Shown: in pieces, positions 1-10,400 of the stretch | Layout of the letters: each line of letters opens with the position of its first letter | Numbering within the stretch: the first letter of the stretch is position 1 | Source: Bacteroidales bacterium | GTDB lineage: Bacteria; Bacteroidota; Bacteroidia; Bacteroidales; UBA932 | Direction: 5' to 3' | Length of the DNA: 63,007 nucleotides | NCBI GenBank assembly: GCA_017992915.1 | Contig: JAGONS010000001.1 | Location: forward strand, 1 to 63,007 | The notes under the pieces: model-generated | Database searches by the model: none | Told to the model about the DNA's origin: nothing | Seen by the model: the letters and a program-made list of their open reading frames with translations, nothing else | Position numbers and translations under genes: made by a program

Positions 1-657
1 GATCCTGTGATTTTTCCCAAAAAATTCGCACAATTGACCCAGTCCGGCAAAGCCTCCCTGCAGGATGTGGAAATCGCCGCCGTAATTGCGGCACATCTTG
101 CCTGGGGCAGAAGAGATATGACGGTGAAGAATTGCAACAGAGCTTTTGACGAGATGGAGTGGCAACCATACCGCTATATCATGGAAGGTGAATGGCGCAA
201 TGAAAAGATATCACTCCACAGAACAATTAAATGGAGTGACTTTGCAGCCATTTGTTTCAGGCTTCGCGATTTCTACATGCAATATGACTCTCTCGAATCA
301 CTTACTCCCGACCTTTTCAGAACTGAAATATACGGACAGAAAAGCGATCCGAAGGCAGCCAACAAAAAGATACACCTGCTCAGACGCTGGATGGTGCGTG
401 ATGACGGCATAATTGACCTGGGATTGTGGAAAAACAGCTCTCCTGCCGACCTTATCATTCCGCTTGATGTCCATGTCCATCGTACTGCTGCAATGCTCGG
501 CATTACCTCACGTAAAAGTACCGATTTATCAACAGCATTGGAGATTACCTCCTTTCTCAAGGAAATATTTCCTACAGACCCTTGCAAGGGAGATTTTGCA
601 CTTTTCGGCTATGGTATAACACACAAAAAAGAGGAGAATGCCGACAATTGTTGTTGA
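1..657 (+). CDS. TIGR02757/DUF2400-family protein, 5' end cut by the window edge
   Basis: The frame is open from nt 1. The size and sequence style (AAHLAWGRR, LLRRWMVRDDG.IDLG.W, IPLDVHV) match my memory of the DUF2400 family. There is no upstream start in the window. Confidence 0.55.
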   Translation, partial: DPVIFPKKFAQLTQSGKASLQDVEIAAVIAAHLAWGRRDMTVKNCNRAFDEMEWQPYRYIMEGEWRNEKISLHRTIKWSDFAAICFRLRDFYMQYDSLESLTPDLFRTEIYGQKSDPKAANKKIHLLRRWMVRDDGIIDLGLWKNSSPADLIIPLDVHVHRTAAMLGITSRKSTDLSTALEITSFLKEIFPTDPCKGDFALFGYGITHKKEENADNCC

Positions 658-700
658 CAAAAGGTTCTATAAAATTTGCTGATTACATAATTATTTTTAC

Positions 701-708
701 TATTTTTG
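701..708 (+). promoter_or_regulatory. Candidate Bacteroidetes -7 promoter box (TATTTTTG)
   Basis: Matches TAnnTTTG, 18 nt upstream of the ATG at 726. Confidence 0.35.
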
Positions 709-725
709 TTTTTGACTGAGGTGAT

Positions 726-1316
726 ATGCCTAGACTTTATATAATAGCAGGCTGCAACGGAGCAGGGAAAACCACCGCGTCCTACACGATATTACCCGAC
801 ATGCTCAATTGTGATGAGTTTGTCAATTCGGACGAGATTGCAAAGCGTTTGTCTCCCAATAAACCGGAAGAGTCTGCCGTAAGGGCTAGCAGGTTGATGA
901 TGGAGAGGATTGAAGAGTTGATTGACAAAGGTGAAACCTTCGGAGTTGAGACCACTTTGGCCACCAGAACACTAGTAAGAGTAATAGCTGAAGCACAGCA
1001 AAAGGGCTATGTAGTGACTCTGGTATTTTTTTGGCTAAAAATGCCGGAATTGGCAGTAGAGCGGGTAAAACTCAGGGTTGAAGCAGGCGGACACTACGTC
1101 CCCGAAGCTACCATCAGAAGACGTTATGATGTGGGGATCAGGAACCTTTTCAATCTCTATATTCCGGTGTGCGATTACTGGATAATGATAGATAACTCCA
1201 ACAACCCGAGCACTATTATCGCCGAAGGTGGAACGAGTGTTGTGACTAAAATACATAATAAAACCTTATATAACCTATTAATCAATTATGAGCGAACTAG
1301 AGACGAGAGAACTTAG
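726..1316 (+). CDS. Zeta-toxin-like / AAA P-loop kinase family protein
   Basis: Walker A GCNGAGKTT at the N-terminus and about 196 aa. Overall similarity to zeta-toxin / COG4185-type small ATPases (ETTLA, VVTLVFFWL Walker-B-like strand, RV..RV..GGH.VPE). Confidence 0.7.
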   Translation: MPRLYIIAGCNGAGKTTASYTILPDMLNCDEFVNSDEIAKRLSPNKPEESAVRASRLMMERIEELIDKGETFGVETTLATRTLVRVIAEAQQKGYVVTLVFFWLKMPELAVERVKLRVEAGGHYVPEATIRRRYDVGIRNLFNLYIPVCDYWIMIDNSNNPSTIIAEGGTSVVTKIHNKTLYNLLINYERTRDERT

Positions 1317-1446
1317 AGAAACCATTCTTCTAGGTTTGGACATCACTTTTGAAAGGCTCGTACAAGAAAAAAAACAAGACAATTCCGAATTGGCGTTTGC
1401 ACGTAAAGGACAGATTGTCAGAGTAAAAGCCGATGAAATTTGTTAA
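1288..1446 (+). CDS. Small 52-aa ORF overlapping the 3' end of the zeta-like gene (candidate partner or antitoxin); below the ORF-track size cutoff
   Basis: The ATG at 1288 reads MSELETRELRETILLGLDITFERLVQEKKQDNSELAFARKGQIVRVKADEIC and ends at TAA 1444-1446. It fills the otherwise unexplained space between the toxin stop and the terminator at 1492, and overlaps the toxin gene by 29 nt. Confidence 0.45.
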   Translation: MSELETRELRETILLGLDITFERLVQEKKQDNSELAFARKGQIVRVKADEIC

Positions 1447-1491
1447 ACTTGTAAGACTCTGCCAGCGAAATGAGAGATTATTAACCCAAAC

Positions 1492-1519
1492 ACTACTGCA
1501 GCAATGCAGTAGTTTTTTT
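1492..1519 (+). terminator. Rho-independent terminator
   Basis: Perfect 9-bp stem ACTACTGCA / TGCAGTAGT with loop GCAA, followed by a T-run (TTTTTT). Confidence 0.7.
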
Positions 1520-1523
1520 GTAT

Positions 1524-2939
1524 ATGAAAGACTACTTTGAATTGTTTAACATAACCAAGGAGCAATTGATCCTGCTTATGGAAGAAGCTCTCTCTTCCGG
1601 AGGCGAGTATGCCGATATTTTTTGTGAATACAGCACGCAGGAAGTGCTCGCGCTACGTGACGGTGAGGTCAATGCCATCCGCAACGACATAGATTTCGGT
1701 GCCGGCATCAGGGTCATTCGCAATGGTCGTACAGGTTATGCATATTCGGAAAGCACGGATATAAGACATTTGCAAGCTGCCGCACAGGCTGCCGCCCGTA
1801 TCGCGGAAAGTCCGGCCGGCGATAGAAAAAAAATCCCATTTACCCCTCTAAAATTAGCCGACTATTATTCCCGTACCCATTCATCAGCTGATGTTGACGT
1901 TTTCTCAAAAAAAGGATATCTCAAGGAGATCCACACAAGACTCTCCGAAGGAGATGGCAGGATAGTACAGATTATAGGACAAAGCTCCTCTTCTATGAGT
2001 AAAATAATGTTCTTCAACTCCCTGGGGGAATTTTATTGCGACGAAAGGCCACTCTCTTCAGTAGCCTTTACTGCGGTATTCAGCCGGAATGGCGTTACCG
2101 ATAATTACACTAGTTCGAAAAGTTTCAGGATGGGAAATGAAATGTTTACCCCCGCCCTTGCAGATGAGATTATTAATGAAATACTCGAAGCCATTCCCAC
2201 AGTGCTGGAGGCAGTTCGTCCCCAGGGAGGTGAAATGATGGTGGTAATGGGAGCAGGTGGATCCGGAATTCTGCTCCACGAAGCCATAGGACATGCATTC
2301 GAGGCAGATTTCAACCGTAAGGGAATCTCCATATTTTCCGACAAGATGGGCAAAAAGATCTGCAGCGAAGCTATAAGTATAGCAGACGATGCCATCATTC
2401 CCGCCAACAGAGGTTGTCTCAATGTAGATGATGAAGGAGTGCCGGGACAGAAGACTATGCTGATTACGGAAGGAGTACTTACCTCTTATCTACATGATCG
2501 CATCAGCGCCGTGCACTACAAAGTCGCCCCTACCGGAAATGGGCGCAGAGAGTCATTCAGGTTCGAACCCCTCCCAAGGATGCGCGCCACCTATATGGAA
2601 AACGGCTCCGCAACCTCCGAGGATATTATTTCCGGCGTACGAAAAGGCATCTATGTGGACAAATTTCGGAATGGACAGGTAAAGATCGGAGCAGGTGACT
2701 TCACATTCTTCGTCAAGAGCGGACGTATGATCGAGAACGGACGCCTCACCCGCCCTATCAAGGACATCAATATAATAGGCAACGGGCCCAGAGCGCTTGC
2801 CGATATTCTGGAGGTAGCATCCGACGGAAAAATGGAAGATGGCACCTGGACCTGCGGTAAGGGTCAACAGTGTCCCGTCTCGTGCGGTATGCCCACGGTA
2901 CTTGTAAAATCATTAACGGTAGGAGGAAGCAACGGATGA
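1524..2939 (+). CDS. tldD: Metalloprotease TldD
   Basis: HEAIGH zinc motif and TldD/PmbA fold signatures (GRTGYAYS, C-terminal GG.C.KGQ). The ATG at 1524 is preferred over the TTG at 1518, which lies in the terminator T-run. Confidence 0.9.
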   Translation: MKDYFELFNITKEQLILLMEEALSSGGEYADIFCEYSTQEVLALRDGEVNAIRNDIDFGAGIRVIRNGRTGYAYSESTDIRHLQAAAQAAARIAESPAGDRKKIPFTPLKLADYYSRTHSSADVDVFSKKGYLKEIHTRLSEGDGRIVQIIGQSSSSMSKIMFFNSLGEFYCDERPLSSVAFTAVFSRNGVTDNYTSSKSFRMGNEMFTPALADEIINEILEAIPTVLEAVRPQGGEMMVVMGAGGSGILLHEAIGHAFEADFNRKGISIFSDKMGKKICSEAISIADDAIIPANRGCLNVDDEGVPGQKTMLITEGVLTSYLHDRISAVHYKVAPTGNGRRESFRFEPLPRMRATYMENGSATSEDIISGVRKGIYVDKFRNGQVKIGAGDFTFFVKSGRMIENGRLTRPIKDINIIGNGPRALADILEVASDGKMEDGTWTCGKGQQCPVSCGMPTVLVKSLTVGGSNG

Positions 2940-4255
2940 GAGATATCACTATGAAAGCGCTCCAGATGGCGCTGGATGCAGGAGCATCGGATGTACGGGT
3001 GGTTTTCGAGAAGGGAAACGGCGATATGGTCACAATCCTCAACGGAGAAATAGACCGACTATATCAAGCTGCCAGTTCCGCTCTCAATTTCCATATTTTT
3101 GCCGAGGGCAGGTACGGCTCATTTTCCACCAATCTGTTTGATGACGCAACGCTGAGGAAGTTTACCACCGATGCGGTCAATGCCACGCTCCTGATGACCC
3201 CCGATGAGTGCAGATCTCTGCCCGATAAGGGTATTTGCTACAATGGAGGCGGACCCGACCTCCGGCAGTATGATTCTTATATTGAGACACGTCCTTCTTC
3301 CGGAGGTGTTACTATTGCACACGAAGTAGCGGCCGAGATGCTCTCCGAAGAGAGGGTTGTTTCAGCAGAGAGCGAGTATGGCGACTTTGTGGAGGAGTAC
3401 TTCATCGCAGACAGTCAGGGATTTGAGGGATATCAACGCAGATCCGGCTTCTCGATTGGAGCTACCTGTTCAGTCGCCGGTAAAGGTGACGAAAAACACG
3501 AAAGAAGTTGGTATGAGGATGAGGTTTTCTTTGCCAATCTCCGATACCGTGGATGTGGTAAAAAAGCTCTGAAAATGGCAATTGAAAGCATCGGTCCGCT
3601 TAAAATGCCTTCCGGTTCTTATAATATGGTCGTGGACAGGACCATTGCTGCAAATCTGGTCATACCTATCACCGAAGCACTTAATGGCAGTGCCCTCCAC
3701 ACACGCAATTCCTTTCTGATGGACAAACTCGGGGAAAAGGTTTTTGGGGAAAATGTCTTCCTGAGAGATATGCCGCATACTGTCGGCAATGCATACTCCC
3801 GTCTCTTCAACATTGAAGGTATAGCAACAAAGGAGCGCGATATCATTTCAGGCGGTACTATTTGTAATTATTTCATTGACAACTATTACAGCCGCAAATT
3901 GGCACTTGAGGTAACTATCGGTAATCCTTCGGTTGTAATGATGCCGAAAAGCGAGCTTTTGTCAAATAATAAATTATCTTTGTCCGATATTTTGAAGAGA
4001 GCGGGCAGAGGGATTTATGTTACACAGTTTAACGGAGGTAACTGTAATGCCGCAACCGGAGACTTCTCCTACGGCATAGAGGGATTTCTGTTCGACAATG
4101 GAGAAATAGTCCATCCGATAAACGAAATGTTAATTTCCGGCAACCTGGTCACCCTGTGGAACAATCTAATAGCCGTTGCTGATGACCGGTTGGAGAGCCG
4201 CAAATGGCAGATACCTTCGCTATGCTTCTCGAACGTAAATTTTAACGGACTCTGA
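2936..4255 (+). CDS. pmbA: TldD partner protease subunit PmbA/TldE
   Basis: TldD/PmbA family without the HExxH motif. The start is placed at the ATGA overlap with the tldD stop (MRDITMKAL...). The listed 2870 start would lie inside tldD. Confidence 0.85.
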   Translation: MRDITMKALQMALDAGASDVRVVFEKGNGDMVTILNGEIDRLYQAASSALNFHIFAEGRYGSFSTNLFDDATLRKFTTDAVNATLLMTPDECRSLPDKGICYNGGGPDLRQYDSYIETRPSSGGVTIAHEVAAEMLSEERVVSAESEYGDFVEEYFIADSQGFEGYQRRSGFSIGATCSVAGKGDEKHERSWYEDEVFFANLRYRGCGKKALKMAIESIGPLKMPSGSYNMVVDRTIAANLVIPITEALNGSALHTRNSFLMDKLGEKVFGENVFLRDMPHTVGNAYSRLFNIEGIATKERDIISGGTICNYFIDNYYSRKLALEVTIGNPSVVMMPKSELLSNNKLSLSDILKRAGRGIYVTQFNGGNCNAATGDFSYGIEGFLFDNGEIVHPINEMLISGNLVTLWNNLIAVADDRLESRKWQIPSLCFSNVNFNGL

Positions 4256-5727
4256 TGAAGAAAAAAGAGAAAAAACCCGGTCTGCTGCTTTCGCTCGTCC
4301 CGGTAGTGATACTGGTGGTAATACTGGCTGTAGGAGTAGTCATTTTCGGCGAAGATGTTACAAGCGGTCCCTCACAAATTGCGCTTGTAACTGCCGCTAT
4401 AGTTGCTTGTCTTATTGGAATGCTCTATCTCAAAGTACCATGGGCACGTTTTGGGGATGCGATGGGTGACAATATGAGCAAAACAAGTGAGGCTATTTTC
4501 ATCCTGCTTATGATTGGGGCACTGACCTCTACCTGGATGCTCTCCGGAGTTGTTCCTACAATGATATATTATGGACTCAAACTTATCCATCCATCGATAT
4601 TTTTGCTGGTGACATTTTTGCTATGCTCCATTATTTCCATAATGGCCGGCAGTTCATGGACCACTGTAGGCACTATAGGAGTGGCAATGCTCCATGCCGG
4701 CCAGATCGTGGGTATACCCACCGGTTGGCTTGCAGGCGCAATTATCTCCGGTGCATATCTGGGTGACAAGATCTCCCCTCTCTCCGACACAACCAACCTC
4801 GCTGCGTCAGTTGCGGGAGTCGACCTCTATAAACATGTAAAATACAATCTGATCACCACCATACCGGCAACAATCATCTGCATTATAATTTACACTCTGG
4901 CGGGATTCTTCATAGAGACTTCCTCGAATTTGGATGTGGGAGCACAACTTGCTGCTCTCCAGGAGACATTCAATATATCCGGATGGCTCCTTTTGATTCC
5001 CGCAGTGACCATTTACCTGATTTTCAAAAAGGTTCCTCCGATTCTTACACTTTTCATTTCGGCTTTTGTAGGTGCGTTGGTTGCTTTTTGGGCACAACCC
5101 CAGATAATAGAGCAGATTGTTACCGGAATGAGCAGTTTCAAAGAGTTCTTTTATGCCATCCTCAAGATGATGTCCAGCGAGATCTCTATCGAGGCCAGTG
5201 ACCCTATGATCACCACTCTGGCCTCCACAAGAGGTATGAGCGGCATGGTCAACACCGTCTGGATTATAATCTGTGTGATAATGCTCGGAGGTGCCCTCTC
5301 TGCCAGCGGAATGATACAGACCATAACCGAAAGTATGTTGCGCTTCATGCACAACTTGGTGAGCATGGTAACCTCCACCGTTTTGACCTGCATTTTCTGC
5401 AACATCATACTTGCTGACCAGTATATGGCCATCTTGATTCCCGGAAAGATGTTTGGTGACGTTTACAGGAAGAAGGGCTACGCCCCCGAGATGTTGAGCC
5501 GCACATTGCAGGACTCCGCTACCGTGAGTTCCGTAATGGTACCCTGGAATACCTGCGCAGTTGCACAAGCCGGTGTGCTTGGAGTCGCTTGTATGACCTG
5601 GTTCCCCTATGCATTCTTCTGCTTTATAACTCCAATAATATCGATCATCATAGTGGCTATGGGATACAAGATACGCCGTCTCCCTGTTGAGAATGGCGAA
5701 CCTGCAACTGCAACAGCAGAAGCGTAA
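4255..5727 (+). CDS. nhaC: Na+/H+ antiporter, NhaC family
   Basis: 490-aa polytopic membrane protein with NhaC-like motifs. TGATG one-nt overlap with pmbA. Confidence 0.8.
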   Translation: MKKKEKKPGLLLSLVPVVILVVILAVGVVIFGEDVTSGPSQIALVTAAIVACLIGMLYLKVPWARFGDAMGDNMSKTSEAIFILLMIGALTSTWMLSGVVPTMIYYGLKLIHPSIFLLVTFLLCSIISIMAGSSWTTVGTIGVAMLHAGQIVGIPTGWLAGAIISGAYLGDKISPLSDTTNLAASVAGVDLYKHVKYNLITTIPATIICIIIYTLAGFFIETSSNLDVGAQLAALQETFNISGWLLLIPAVTIYLIFKKVPPILTLFISAFVGALVAFWAQPQIIEQIVTGMSSFKEFFYAILKMMSSEISIEASDPMITTLASTRGMSGMVNTVWIIICVIMLGGALSASGMIQTITESMLRFMHNLVSMVTSTVLTCIFCNIILADQYMAILIPGKMFGDVYRKKGYAPEMLSRTLQDSATVSSVMVPWNTCAVAQAGVLGVACMTWFPYAFFCFITPIISIIIVAMGYKIRRLPVENGEPATATAEA

Positions 5728-5766
5728 CAATTTTTGACAACAATAATAACTGAAATTCATTATAAA

Positions 5767-6294
5767 ATGAAAATTGAAGACAACAAAGTAGTATCTCTGA
5801 TCTACAATCTGAAAGTCAATGGTGAGACCAAAGACTCCTGCGACAAGGAAAATCCGCTTGAATTCATAATGGGTATGGGCTATCTGCTCCCCAAATTTGA
5901 GGAATACCTTCTCGGCAAGGGTGTCGGTGACAAATTTGACTTCGTCCTTTCAGCTGCCGAAGGTTATGGCGAACTCAACCCCCAAGCCATCGTTGACCTT
6001 CCCAAAAACATATTCGAAGTAGATGGTGTACTCCAGGAAGAGCTTCTCGTACCGGGCAATTATATCCCCATGATGAATCAGATGGGTGGAGTAATCCCAG
6101 GTAAAGTTGTGGAAGTGAGTGAGGAAAGCGTAAAAATGGATTTCAACCACGAACTTGCGGGACAATCACTCCATTTCAAAGGCGAAATTACCGCAGTCAG
6201 GGAAGCTACAGATGAGGAGCTTACCAACGGACTTCACGGTGAGAGAGCCATGCATAACTGCGAAGGCAACTGCTCCTCTTGCGGAGGGTGCTAA
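5767..6294 (+). CDS. slyD: FKBP-type peptidyl-prolyl isomerase, SlyD-like, with a Cys-rich C-terminal tail
   Basis: N-terminus MKIEDNKVVSL.Y.L, an IF-domain insert, and FKBP motifs (LEF..G.G.LLP.FE..L.G). The tail is HNCEGNCSSCGGC. The start is taken at the internal ATG 5767. Confidence 0.8.
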   Translation: MKIEDNKVVSLIYNLKVNGETKDSCDKENPLEFIMGMGYLLPKFEEYLLGKGVGDKFDFVLSAAEGYGELNPQAIVDLPKNIFEVDGVLQEELLVPGNYIPMMNQMGGVIPGKVVEVSEESVKMDFNHELAGQSLHFKGEITAVREATDEELTNGLHGERAMHNCEGNCSSCGGC

Positions 6295-7319
6295 AGTTGG
6301 TTATAATCCGCAGCACGTGATATAGGCGCTACATCTATTGGCGCAAAAAGTCCTTTTCTGTAACGATAGAGTCCGGCTATGCCTATCATTGCTGCATTGT
6401 CGGTAGTAAATCTAAATTCGGGCAGGAACACATTCCAGCCCCGTTTTTCTCCTTCAATAGTAATACGCTCTCTGAGATACGAGTTGGCGGAAACTCCGCC
6501 ACCGAGGGCAATCTCCTTTATTCCGGTCTGTTTTGATGCAAGGATGAGTTTCTTGAGGAGAATATCTATCAGATCTTTCTGGTAAGAGGCGCAGATGTCC
6601 TTTTTGTTCTCTTCGAGAAAATCGGGATTCTCGGCAATATTATCCCTGAGAAAATAGAGGAGCGATGTTTTTATGCCACTGAAACTGTAATCCAGACCGG
6701 CAATGTTGGGCTTTGCAAAACGAAATGCAGAAGCATTTCCCTCTTTTGCAAGTCGGTCGATAATCGGACCGCCCGGATATCCGAGTCCAAGCAATTTTGC
6801 ACATTTATCAAATGCTTCTCCGACAGCATCGTCTATAGTGTGGCCGAGTATTTCAAAATCGAGATAATCATTGACCTTGACGATCTGTGTATGTCCTCCT
6901 GAAACAAGCAGTGAAAGAAAGGGAAACTTAGGCTCCCGATGTTCCCTACCCTCAATCCTGATAAAATGAGAAAGTATATGACCTTGAAGGTGGTTTACCT
7001 CTATCAAAGGCTTATCAATGGCGATGGCAAGTCCTTTGGCAAAGGAAGTGCCCACTAAAAGCGATCCAAGAAGACCGGGACCACGGGTAAATGCTATGGC
7101 ATCCAACTCTTTTACGGAGACACCGGCCTGTTCCAAAGCCTGTGAAACTACCGGAAGAATATTCTGTTGGTGCGCGCGGGAAGCAAGTTCAGGGACTACA
7201 CCGCCATACTTCTTATGAACCTCCTGAGAGGCCATGACATTGGATAACAGATATTCCTCCCTAAGCACTGCTGCTGAAGTATCATCACATGAGGATTCTA
7301 TCGCAAGGATTGTCACCAT
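6291..7319 (-). CDS. tsaD: tRNA N6-adenosine threonylcarbamoyltransferase TsaD
   Basis: ILAIESSCDDTSAAV N-terminus and the Gcp/Kae1 family HLQGH motif; 342 aa. Confidence 0.92.
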   Translation of the reverse strand: MVTILAIESSCDDTSAAVLREEYLLSNVMASQEVHKKYGGVVPELASRAHQQNILPVVSQALEQAGVSVKELDAIAFTRGPGLLGSLLVGTSFAKGLAIAIDKPLIEVNHLQGHILSHFIRIEGREHREPKFPFLSLLVSGGHTQIVKVNDYLDFEILGHTIDDAVGEAFDKCAKLLGLGYPGGPIIDRLAKEGNASAFRFAKPNIAGLDYSFSGIKTSLLYFLRDNIAENPDFLEENKKDICASYQKDLIDILLKKLILASKQTGIKEIALGGGVSANSYLRERITIEGEKRGWNVFLPEFRFTTDNAAMIGIAGLYRYRKGLFAPIDVAPISRAADYNQL

Positions 7320-7347
7320 ATCGTCAATTTGGATTGAAATTTGTACG

Positions 7348-7355
7348 CAAAATTA
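7348..7355 (-). promoter_or_regulatory. Candidate -7 box (TAATTTTG on the minus strand) for tsaD
   Basis: Matches TAnnTTTG, 29 nt upstream of the tsaD ATG. Confidence 0.35.
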
Positions 7356-7366
7356 GTAAAAATTAG

Positions 7367-7374
7367 TACTTTTG
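7367..7374 (+). promoter_or_regulatory. Candidate -7 box (TACTTTTG) for tamB
   Basis: Matches TAnnTTTG in the divergent tsaD/tamB intergenic region. Confidence 0.35.
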
Positions 7375-7429
7375 TTTGATATACTGAAAATTAAAGCCCA
7401 TCAAGACCTGGAAAAAAATAGTCCTTGCG

Positions 7430-10400
7430 GTGGTCATTCTTTTGGCACTTGTCCCGACCTCCCTTTATATTGCAATACAAATGCCTGCATTCCAGACATT
7501 TGTAGGCAATAAGGTCTCTTCTGTGCTTTCCGATAAGATCAATGGTGACATATCCGTGGGCAAAATATCATATGCCCTTTTCAACCGTCTGATTGTCAAG
7601 AATGTTCTGGTTACCGGCTTTGCAGGTGATACTATTGTACATACGAACAAGATATCCGTTAACCTTCACACAAGAAGTCTCATTTCGGGTGAGATAAAGG
7701 CTGGTAAGATAGTTATAGATGGAGGTGAATTCAATATCTGCCAGATAACTCCCGAAGAGAGCAATCTGGCTCTGCTTTTGAAGAAAAACGAAACACGGCA
7801 AGGGGAAGAACCGGCGGAGGCAATGCAAGAGGAATCTGATAAGAAATCGGAAGGGTGGCCTAAACCGGTGAACATTGACAAGATTGAGATACGGGACTTC
7901 ACATTCAGAGCACTAGATACATTCGACATCACCACTTATGCCGACCCCAGGACCATCGACTGGAGCAATATTGTCTTAAATGAGATCAATCTCTCCGCAC
8001 GCAATCTCCATATGGATGAAGATGTGACGGTAGAGCTGGACAATCTCTCGTTCAAAGAGGGTAACGGACTAAATATCAATGCCTTTAGCGGAAATATACG
8101 GCTCGGCGACGTACTGGAATACAACGGACTTGACACAATTACCCGTAAGGAGATATACATTGACGATATGCTCTATGACGACGGGTATTCCAGACTTGTG
8201 ACCGAGTATTATTCGATGAGATTTGACGATTTCAGTGACTTTTCGGATTATGTGAGGAAGGTTTATATGGGCCTGGATCTAAAAGAGGAGTCATTTCTGG
8301 ATTTCCAATCCCTGAGAAGTTATACCGATGAACTTTCATATTTTACATTGAAATTCTACCTGTCCGGTGAAACGAAAGGCACTGTGAGCAATCTGATCAC
8401 ACGTTCATTGAAAGTCCAATCCAAAACAAAACAAACATTGCTCGATTTCTCGGCACATCTTTCCGGTCTGCCGAACGCCGGCGAGACAATGGCCAGTTTC
8501 GATATCAAGAGATGCTACACCACCACCGCCGAGATAGCCGATATAGTAGAGTCGGTGACTGACACCCCTATTGACAAAAAAGCTATCGGCTCTTTCGCAA
8601 AAGGTGAAAGGATCCATTTTGACGGAAGCCTGAACGGCTTCTTCGAAGACTTTGTGGCATTCGGAGAGCTCGGATCCGAGGATCTGGGAAATTTCAAGGT
8701 CGACATCATATGCCGCAATGAAAGAGGGGCCGGATATGAACTTATCGGATTTATTAAGAGCAGAGCATTCGACCTCGGGCGTCTGATGGGCAACTCCCTT
8801 TTAGGGGATTTTACCTGCGATGCTACCGTTTCAGCCGTATTAGGTAAGGAATCAAGCATAGATATAGAGAATATCAGCATCAGCGAACTCGGATTCAACA
8901 ATTACAACTACAGCAACATACTGGCTTCCGGAAGGCTCGCCAATAATGAATTTGACGGACGCGTCATATGCAGTGACCCCAATCTTAACTTTATGTTTCA
9001 TGGAGTCTTCGCCCTTGCAGGCAAGAGCAGTAATTCTCTCTACAAATTCAATCTGGCACTGGGTCACGCCGACCTTCACGCACTCAATTTTGACAAGAGA
9101 GAAATTTCCAGACTCAAACTCCTGGCCGATGCCGATTTCACCAAAACCAAATCCGGGGATTTATACGGAGATATCCTTATCAAGAATTTCGTCTGCTCTC
9201 TGGGAAATGACAACTATGATGTAGGCAATATCAACCTGCGCTCAACTTCATACAAGAACGACTATAAACTCCAGCTCAAATCCTCGTTTGCAAGAGCCGA
9301 CTATGCAGGCACTGCTCCAATCTCCTCATTCATATCAGACCTGCTTAAACTTACCGCCGAGCACCATTTAAGCCACTTATTTGAGACGAAGGAGAAGGCA
9401 GAGGGGCTTCCCGATATAAATGAGAATTACAGCTTCACACTTCAGACTTTTGATATGAGACCGGTCTGCAGTTTCCTAATGCCCGGCCTCTACGTAGAAG
9501 ATCGAACCAACATTAATGTCAGGATGACAAGTGACGACAAGCTAAAAATCAATATAAATTCCCCTCTGCTGGCCTACAAACACAATTACATAAGAGATCT
9601 TGACCTGACTGTAGATAACCGTGACAGCATGATAACCACTATCGCCAGATCCGGAATGCTGCAATCCGGCAACGCAAAAGGTTATGACGCAATCATAAAG
9701 GCTCTGGTAAAAGATAATGCCATCGGACTTAATCTCGGATTTGACAACGGAAAAGAGAGAGCCACTTACGCTGACCTCAATGCCAAAGTATCATTCCCTG
9801 AACCCAAGGAGAATGGATTGAATATTCTGGCTGACTTTTATCCTTCCAATATCGTTATCAATGGAGAAAACTGGTCCTTAAACCCCTCTTCAATAGGCTA
9901 CAGAGAAAAAGATATATCGGTAGCCGGCTTCGGACTTTCCAATGGAGACCAGACTATCCGTTTTGACGGCCGACTCTCGGCAAACCCCAAAGATACACTT
10001 CTGGTGACATTGAATCGTTTTGATGCATCCGTGGCCAATCCCATTATCGGTATACCTCTCGACATAAAGGGTTTTCTGACTGGCAAGGCGGAAGTTTTCG
10101 GCATATTTTCCGATAACAAGGGCATATTGCTCAACATAGATGGAGAAAAAATGTCAATCGCCGGTGACCAAATCGGGGACCTGGATATCCTCACTCGATG
10201 GAATGAAGCCGCCAAATGTTTTGATTTCCTGGTCAACAACAGAAAAAATGAATTCACACCCCTACACCTTGCAGGGTCTTATTTTCCTAATAAAAAGAGT
10301 GTGGAGGGAAACTTGTCATTGGACAAATTTTCACTTGTCTGCCTCAATCCTGTAGTCGAAGGGGTGATATCCGATGTCAGCGGAAGCATCTCTGCAGATA

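Noticed and set aside
4807-5760. A 317-aa ORF antisense to nhaC.
   Set aside because: It is fully nested opposite a membrane-transporter gene and has an implausible composition (runs of C, H and Y). There is no promoter box or motif support.
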